Shown one piece after another: positions 59,536 through 64,000 of a stretch of 64,000 nucleotides of DNA (its first letter is position 1; every line of letters starts with the position of its first letter). The notes beneath the pieces are model-generated. The model was not told where the DNA came from. It did no database searches and worked only from the letters and a program-made list of their open reading frames with translations. The stretch lies in the NCBI GenBank assembly GCA_052033375.1, contig JBPOJQ010000018.1:1671-65670 (forward strand), given 5' to 3'. This DNA is from Candidatus Magasanikiibacteriota bacterium (GTDB taxonomy: Bacteria > Patescibacteriota > Patescibacteriia > Magasanikbacterales > UBA922). Made by a program: the position numbers and the translations under genes.

Positions 59536-60132
59536 TTATGATCCACTATTAAAGTCAACTTTGGGAGGAGTGTTCGCGCCCTCGGTAGCCGAGAATAATT
59601 GTCTTTCTCTATCAAATCCAAATAGTGAGACAAAGAACACGCCTGGAATACCTTTGGCTTTTATATTATAAGAACGTACCACTTCATTAAAGCGCATACG
59701 CTCAGTTGAAATGCGATTTTCGGTTCCTTCAAGTTCAGTCTGAAGAGCCAAGAAATTTTGATTTGCTTTGAGATCCGGATATGCTTCGAAAGATACAAGC
59801 AATCGTGAAAGCGCCCCACTCAGCTCTCCCTGACTTTGTTGAAATTGCTGAAATGCTTCAGGGTTACTCAATAATTCTGGTGAGAGAGTTACCTGCGTTG
59901 CCTTTGCACGTGCTTCAATCACATCACGCAAAGTCGACTTTTCATAATTTGCCGCCCCCTGAACAGTAGAAACGATATTAGGAATAAGATCCATTCTACG
60001 CTGATATTGATTCTCTACCTGACCCCATGCAGTCGAAACATTCTCGTCCAGACGAACAAATGAATTATATGTCCCCACGAGCCACATTACGATGACTACG
60101 AGGATTCCTCCACCAATGAGCCATGACTTCAT
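59536..60132 (-). CDS. lemA: LemA-family protein
   Basis: TM then WGQVENQYQRRMDLIPN. Confidence 0.8.
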   Translation of the reverse strand: MKSWLIGGGILVVIVMWLVGTYNSFVRLDENVSTAWGQVENQYQRRMDLIPNIVSTVQGAANYEKSTLRDVIEARAKATQVTLSPELLSNPEAFQQFQQSQGELSGALSRLLVSFEAYPDLKANQNFLALQTELEGTENRISTERMRFNEVVRSYNIKAKGIPGVFFVSLFGFDRERQLFSATEGANTPPKVDFNSGS

Positions 60133-60281
60133 ACGTATGAAGATAAGAATAAAAAGATAAATTACGTATCTATAATACTATACTATTTAGCAAAATTTGC
60201 ATAGTAGAACCTTGTAAAAAGGTCCAATACATGATATAACCTCTCTACTACTTAGAATCCATTAAATCAAATTGTAAAAAT

Positions 60282-60644
60282 ATGTTGACCAAACGTTACC
60301 ACTGGATTTTCGATGCAGAAAATGTACCAAATGATGTCGGTACTGATACAGTACTGGTCGAAAAAGCTCTAAGAGATATAGCTGAGTTATGTGGCATGAC
60401 AATCGTAGGTGGCCCCCTCGTGCTTCGAGGAGTGCCTGAAAATCCTGGTGTTACAGGAATTTGTGTAGTTGATTTCTCTCATATATCCATACACACGTTC
60501 TCAAATCCAGGCGAAGTGTGTATTGATGTGTTTTCATGCAAACCTTTTGATCCAGAATTGATTCACGATTATCTCAAAAAGACATTTCAAGTAGAAAATA
60601 CAGATGCAGTTTATTTTGAAGTAAAATACCCTGGAGAAAAGTAA
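60282..60644 (+). CDS. speH: S-adenosylmethionine decarboxylase proenzyme (small bacterial type)
   Basis: VVDFSHISIHTF self-processing serine motif. Confidence 0.7.
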   Translation: MLTKRYHWIFDAENVPNDVGTDTVLVEKALRDIAELCGMTIVGGPLVLRGVPENPGVTGICVVDFSHISIHTFSNPGEVCIDVFSCKPFDPELIHDYLKKTFQVENTDAVYFEVKYPGEK

Positions 60645-60645
60645 T

Positions 60646-61809
60646 CTACACAACCATTCGTGCAAGAATACCAGCTGTTTCAGACATACTGGTTTCTTTT
60701 CCAAATAATTTCATATTAAGGTTATTTCGCAGGGCACACTCTCGCATCAATTCCATTCCTTCCACTTCATACGGACCTGCTCGGCGTACCACGATTGGAT
60801 ATGTCGGCTTGATTTCATCTAGTGCATCCACAATTCCATTAAACGTTTCCTTCACATTGGTAAAATTCGCAACCCCACCCGCGATCCAGAGTCCTCGAAG
60901 TCCTGGTTTTGATAATACAATTTTTGCTAGATCTCGTACTTTTTCCCGAGGCGGATTTCCTGAATATTCAGTATAATTTGCAGGTTTTAGTCCAGTTTTG
61001 ATAAGCGCATCCATATTTGCAATACTCGCTCCCCCGCCTGAGAATAAAATCGCAATGTCTCCATCCATTTCAATATATTTCCCCGCAGTACCACGATAAT
61101 AATCTTCGCCCGCATCAATTGCCGTCACTTCTTTCTCCCGATCAGTCGGCAATCTCCCCATCATAGTACGCGCTTCGAAATTTTTCCATGATTCATGACG
61201 GTAAAAAGCGTCATCATCAAGCGCCACTTTTGCATCAGCTGCAATCCACTTGTTCGCAGTAGTTTTAACCAATGGATTAATTTCAACCTGGCGTGCATCT
61301 TCCCCTAGAAAACAATTCCATAATTCCTGCGCAAACGGAATATCTGCAAAACCTAGCTTTTCTTGCCTGACATCAAGCAATTCTTTTCGAATATCTCTTT
61401 CAGGAACATCTTCAATATCTACTCCACCCTTTGCAGAATACACTAGTACAGGCTGTCGAGCCTGACTATCATAACTGATTGATATATAATGTTCTTCTGC
61501 GATTGCTAATTTTTCCTCAATTCGAATAGCCGCGACATATTGCCCTCGAACCTGCATCTGAAATATCTCTTCGCATGCTTTTTGTACGGACGCAAAATTT
61601 TGCGTACCTGCATCAATTGAACAAAATCGTATTGCATTATTTTTTCCTCGTTTTCCAGATAATACCTGAGCTTTTACGACAACTTCCCCCACCCCGAGTG
61701 TGGTATACGCATCGAGAACATTTTCTCCGCGTCGAACCACAACACCTTTTGGTACTGCAATTCCATGTGAGGCAAACAATTCTTTTCCTTCAAATTCGTA
61801 GAGGTTCAT
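60646..61809 (-). CDS. succinyl-CoA synthetase beta-subunit-like ATP-grasp protein
   Basis: MNLYEFEGKELFASHGIAVPKG, ATP-grasp and ligase-CoA domains. Confidence 0.8.
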   Translation of the reverse strand: MNLYEFEGKELFASHGIAVPKGVVVRRGENVLDAYTTLGVGEVVVKAQVLSGKRGKNNAIRFCSIDAGTQNFASVQKACEEIFQMQVRGQYVAAIRIEEKLAIAEEHYISISYDSQARQPVLVYSAKGGVDIEDVPERDIRKELLDVRQEKLGFADIPFAQELWNCFLGEDARQVEINPLVKTTANKWIAADAKVALDDDAFYRHESWKNFEARTMMGRLPTDREKEVTAIDAGEDYYRGTAGKYIEMDGDIAILFSGGGASIANMDALIKTGLKPANYTEYSGNPPREKVRDLAKIVLSKPGLRGLWIAGGVANFTNVKETFNGIVDALDEIKPTYPIVVRRAGPYEVEGMELMRECALRNNLNMKLFGKETSMSETAGILARMVV

Positions 61810-61816
61810 AGAGTGT

Positions 61817-62209
61817 TTAATTAGAGATGTAATAACACCTACTCAAAAAAGTTTCGCCCCCTTTATGTGCAGTATAAATTCCCACAGGTATATTAAAATA
61901 AGTATACGCTCTCACATAATCCGTATTTACTACGTCAACGCGCTGAATACCTAATTCAGTAAGAGGCCTGCCCATCATACGACCAAAATCCCCAAGAAAA
62001 GTGTCATCTAAAGTACCAATTACCTCACAATCAGTAAGTGAGCGATTACTTGTAGTAACTATGAAATCAAACCCCCACCTCACAATTCGTGCTCCACGAA
62101 AAGCAGAAATTGAAATAGATAAAAAGGTAAAAGAATATACAAGTGCAAAAATAACTAACGTCCATTTAATTATTTTTCTTCCGCTGTTATTACTTTTGAC
62201 TGAACTCAT
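61817..62209 (-). CDS. hypothetical membrane-anchored protein
   Basis: 130 aa, N-terminal TM. Confidence 0.3.
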   Translation of the reverse strand: MSSVKSNNSGRKIIKWTLVIFALVYSFTFLSISISAFRGARIVRWGFDFIVTTSNRSLTDCEVIGTLDDTFLGDFGRMMGRPLTELGIQRVDVVNTDYVRAYTYFNIPVGIYTAHKGGETFLSRCYYISN

Positions 62210-62853
62210 AAAGAAATATTAGATTCTAAAACGATACGTTCTCCACTCACTGGCTGATCAAATTCTAGTCTTACCGCAGCAAGAGCAAGAGCTCCTGCCT
62301 GATATGTAGCTTTCGATCCATACTTATGATCACCAACGAGAGGATGTCCGATATGCGCAAATTGCGCACGAATCTGATGAGAGCGTCCAGTCTTAAGCTC
62401 AATCTCGATTATCGTATTTTGTTCTTTCAATCCAATTACCTTATACGACAATTCAGCTTCTTTTGCGTCCCTATATGGCGCATCGTATACGGTTACAAAA
62501 TTTTTTTCAGTATCTTTCAAAAGATAGTTAATGAGAGTTCCTTTTTGTTTTTCAAGTTTCCCTTCAACCAGTGCATGGTAAATTTTTTTCACTGTATGCA
62601 TTCGAAATTGTTCGCTCAATCGAGAAGCACCTTTGCTCGTCTTACCAAAAATCACAATTCCAGCTACCGGACGATCAAGACGATGAATGAGACCAAGAAA
62701 AACTGCGCCAGGTTTCTGGTATTTTTCTTTCAGATACTCTTTGACCATGTCCATAAGACTTACGTCACCTGATTCATCTCCCTGCACTGGAATACGTGCT
62801 TCCTTCCATACAGCGATCACATGATTGTCTTCGTAGAGAATACGTAAATTCAT
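62206..62853 (-). CDS. RluA-family pseudouridine synthase
   Basis: HRLDRPVAGIVIFGKT catalytic Asp motif. Confidence 0.8.
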   Translation of the reverse strand: MNLRILYEDNHVIAVWKEARIPVQGDESGDVSLMDMVKEYLKEKYQKPGAVFLGLIHRLDRPVAGIVIFGKTSKGASRLSEQFRMHTVKKIYHALVEGKLEKQKGTLINYLLKDTEKNFVTVYDAPYRDAKEAELSYKVIGLKEQNTIIEIELKTGRSHQIRAQFAHIGHPLVGDHKYGSKATYQAGALALAAVRLEFDQPVSGERIVLESNISL

Positions 62854-63434
62854 ACCTGTTCAGTAAATAAACGATCATCCAACCATTTTTTAGGATTATT
62901 CCTAATATACAGTCGAATTCGATGTAATTCAAATTCATTACGAATGACATGATCATAATATCGGGATTGCCATTCAAATTCAATACCCGCATTACGGGCA
63001 TATTTCGTAACCCCGATTTTATATCCACGAATGATTGATGGAATATTTTTTGATTGCATACCAAATTTATTTGGTTGCCAATCATTTTTTTGGGATTCCA
63101 TAATCCACACAATACCATGAACATGGTTGGGCATTACCACGAATTCGTCCAATTCCACAAATGGGAAATGCACGGGTATTTCCTGCCAACAACCCAATGC
63201 CTGTTTACCGATTTCCGTCATCCGTAGGGACGCAAAATATTGCGTCCCTACTACCCCACACGTTTCTGCGTCATTTACAATATTTTGCGCCCCAACGGAT
63301 ATTGACCCAAAATAATTCACCCGATTTTTCGTACAAATGGTAATAAAATACGCCCACGACGCACCATAATCCCATTTTTGCCACCGCGTCGTATCATTTC
63401 GATATCGATTCCGAAATAAACCCCCCTTCGACAT
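62850..63434 (-). CDS. IS200-like HuH (Y1) transposase-family protein, apparently domesticated
   Basis: HuH motif NHVHGIVWI and catalytic-Tyr region WQSRYYDHVIRNEFELHRIRLYIRNNP; 4-nt overlap with rluA-like and 6-nt gap to rlmI-like gene; no flanking inverted repeats. Confidence 0.6.
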   Translation of the reverse strand: MSKGGLFRNRYRNDTTRWQKWDYGASWAYFITICTKNRVNYFGSISVGAQNIVNDAETCGVVGTQYFASLRMTEIGKQALGCWQEIPVHFPFVELDEFVVMPNHVHGIVWIMESQKNDWQPNKFGMQSKNIPSIIRGYKIGVTKYARNAGIEFEWQSRYYDHVIRNEFELHRIRLYIRNNPKKWLDDRLFTEQV

Positions 63435-63440
63435 ATTGAT

Positions 63441-64000
63441 TTAATCACCAAACCACCGTGAAAATATTCCGCAGGGCAATAATTTTCCTGATTTTGATTC
63501 TTCAATCGCGAGCTCGCCTTTTTCAAAACTTCCACCAAACTTCTCCAACAACTGCTTCAGATTATTTTCATACGCAATCGATGAATATCCTGATGCATAT
63601 CCGTTAATCAAAAAAAATACTGGCTTGTCTGATAAAATTTCAGTACACAATTTCAGAAGCTCAGGCAAATCATCTTCAATTTTCCACAATTCTTTTTTCG
63701 GTCCATGTCCGAATGCAGGCGGATCAAGTAAAATTCCATCATATCTGTTTCCTCGTTTAATTTCTCGTTTTACAAATACCCGAGCATCATCAAGAATCCA
63801 CCGTATTGGTTTGTCTTCTAGCCCTGAAGCTTTTGCATTATCTTTGCCCCACTGAATTGCAACTTTCGACCCGTCCACATGCACCACAGAGGCACCAGCC
63901 TGAGCAGCTGCAAGAGAGGCTCCCCCTGTATAACCAAACAAATTCAAAATATTCACATCTCGTTTTGCTTGGGTAATTTTTTCTCTCATCCAATCCCAAT
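63441..64000 (-). CDS. SAM-dependent rRNA methyltransferase (RlmI/RlmK-like), C-terminal part; N-terminus beyond window
   Basis: GYTGGASLAAA motif I, DPPAF motif IV; reading frame stays open upstream of first Met to the window end. Confidence 0.6.
   Translation of the reverse strand, partial: WDWMREKITQAKRDVNILNLFGYTGGASLAAAQAGASVVHVDGSKVAIQWGKDNAKASGLEDKPIRWILDDARVFVKREIKRGNRYDGILLDPPAFGHGPKKELWKIEDDLPELLKLCTEILSDKPVFFLINGYASGYSSIAYENNLKQLLEKFGGSFEKGELAIEESKSGKLLPCGIFSRWFGD

Overview
This window is AT-rich (about 38% GC), gene-dense, and almost every gene from position 1 to about 46 kb is on the minus strand. Gene content and style (small genome-like housekeeping set, many TM and hypothetical proteins, weak Shine-Dalgarno usage) suggest a Patescibacteria/CPR-like bacterium using the standard genetic code (full-length prfB, TGA used as stop). 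Housekeeping genes recognised from the translations include groES/groEL with a CIRCE operator, prfB, nusA, yidC, trpS, RNase J, uvrA, rplS, gmk, secG, tdk, mltG, malic enzyme, three tRNAs (Asn-GTT, Leu-CAG, Ile-TAT) and two pseudouridine synthases. The most unusual locus sits exactly at the window centre (29.4-33.6 kb): a translationally coupled minus-strand operon of a stand-alone reverse transcriptase, a fused TMD-NBD ABC-like protein with degenerate ATPase motifs, and a membrane-anchored phospholipase-D (HKD) family protein, closed by a bidirectional terminator. Immediately upstream of the RT lies a roughly 550-bp GC-rich block (about 58% GC) driven by a near-consensus sigma70 promoter (TTGACA-17-TATCTT). 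It is either an orphan 135-aa ORF or a structured ncRNA partner of the RT. This sits in a compositionally mosaic neighbourhood next to tRNA-Asn, with a 44-bp palindrome-containing cassette repeated upstream of two operons and duplicated terminator hairpins. Other points of interest are a split SucC-like / SucD-like + citrate-synthase-like set (citryl-CoA synthetase/lyase-like), a membrane-anchored ClpB-D1-only AAA+ protein, an IS200-like HuH gene embedded in an rRNA-modification operon, an EndoQ-like PHP nuclease with DUF559 and a histone-like basic protein, a rod-like structured element next to the groESL promoter, and several GC-rich islets. No CRISPR array, rRNA or integrase was seen.
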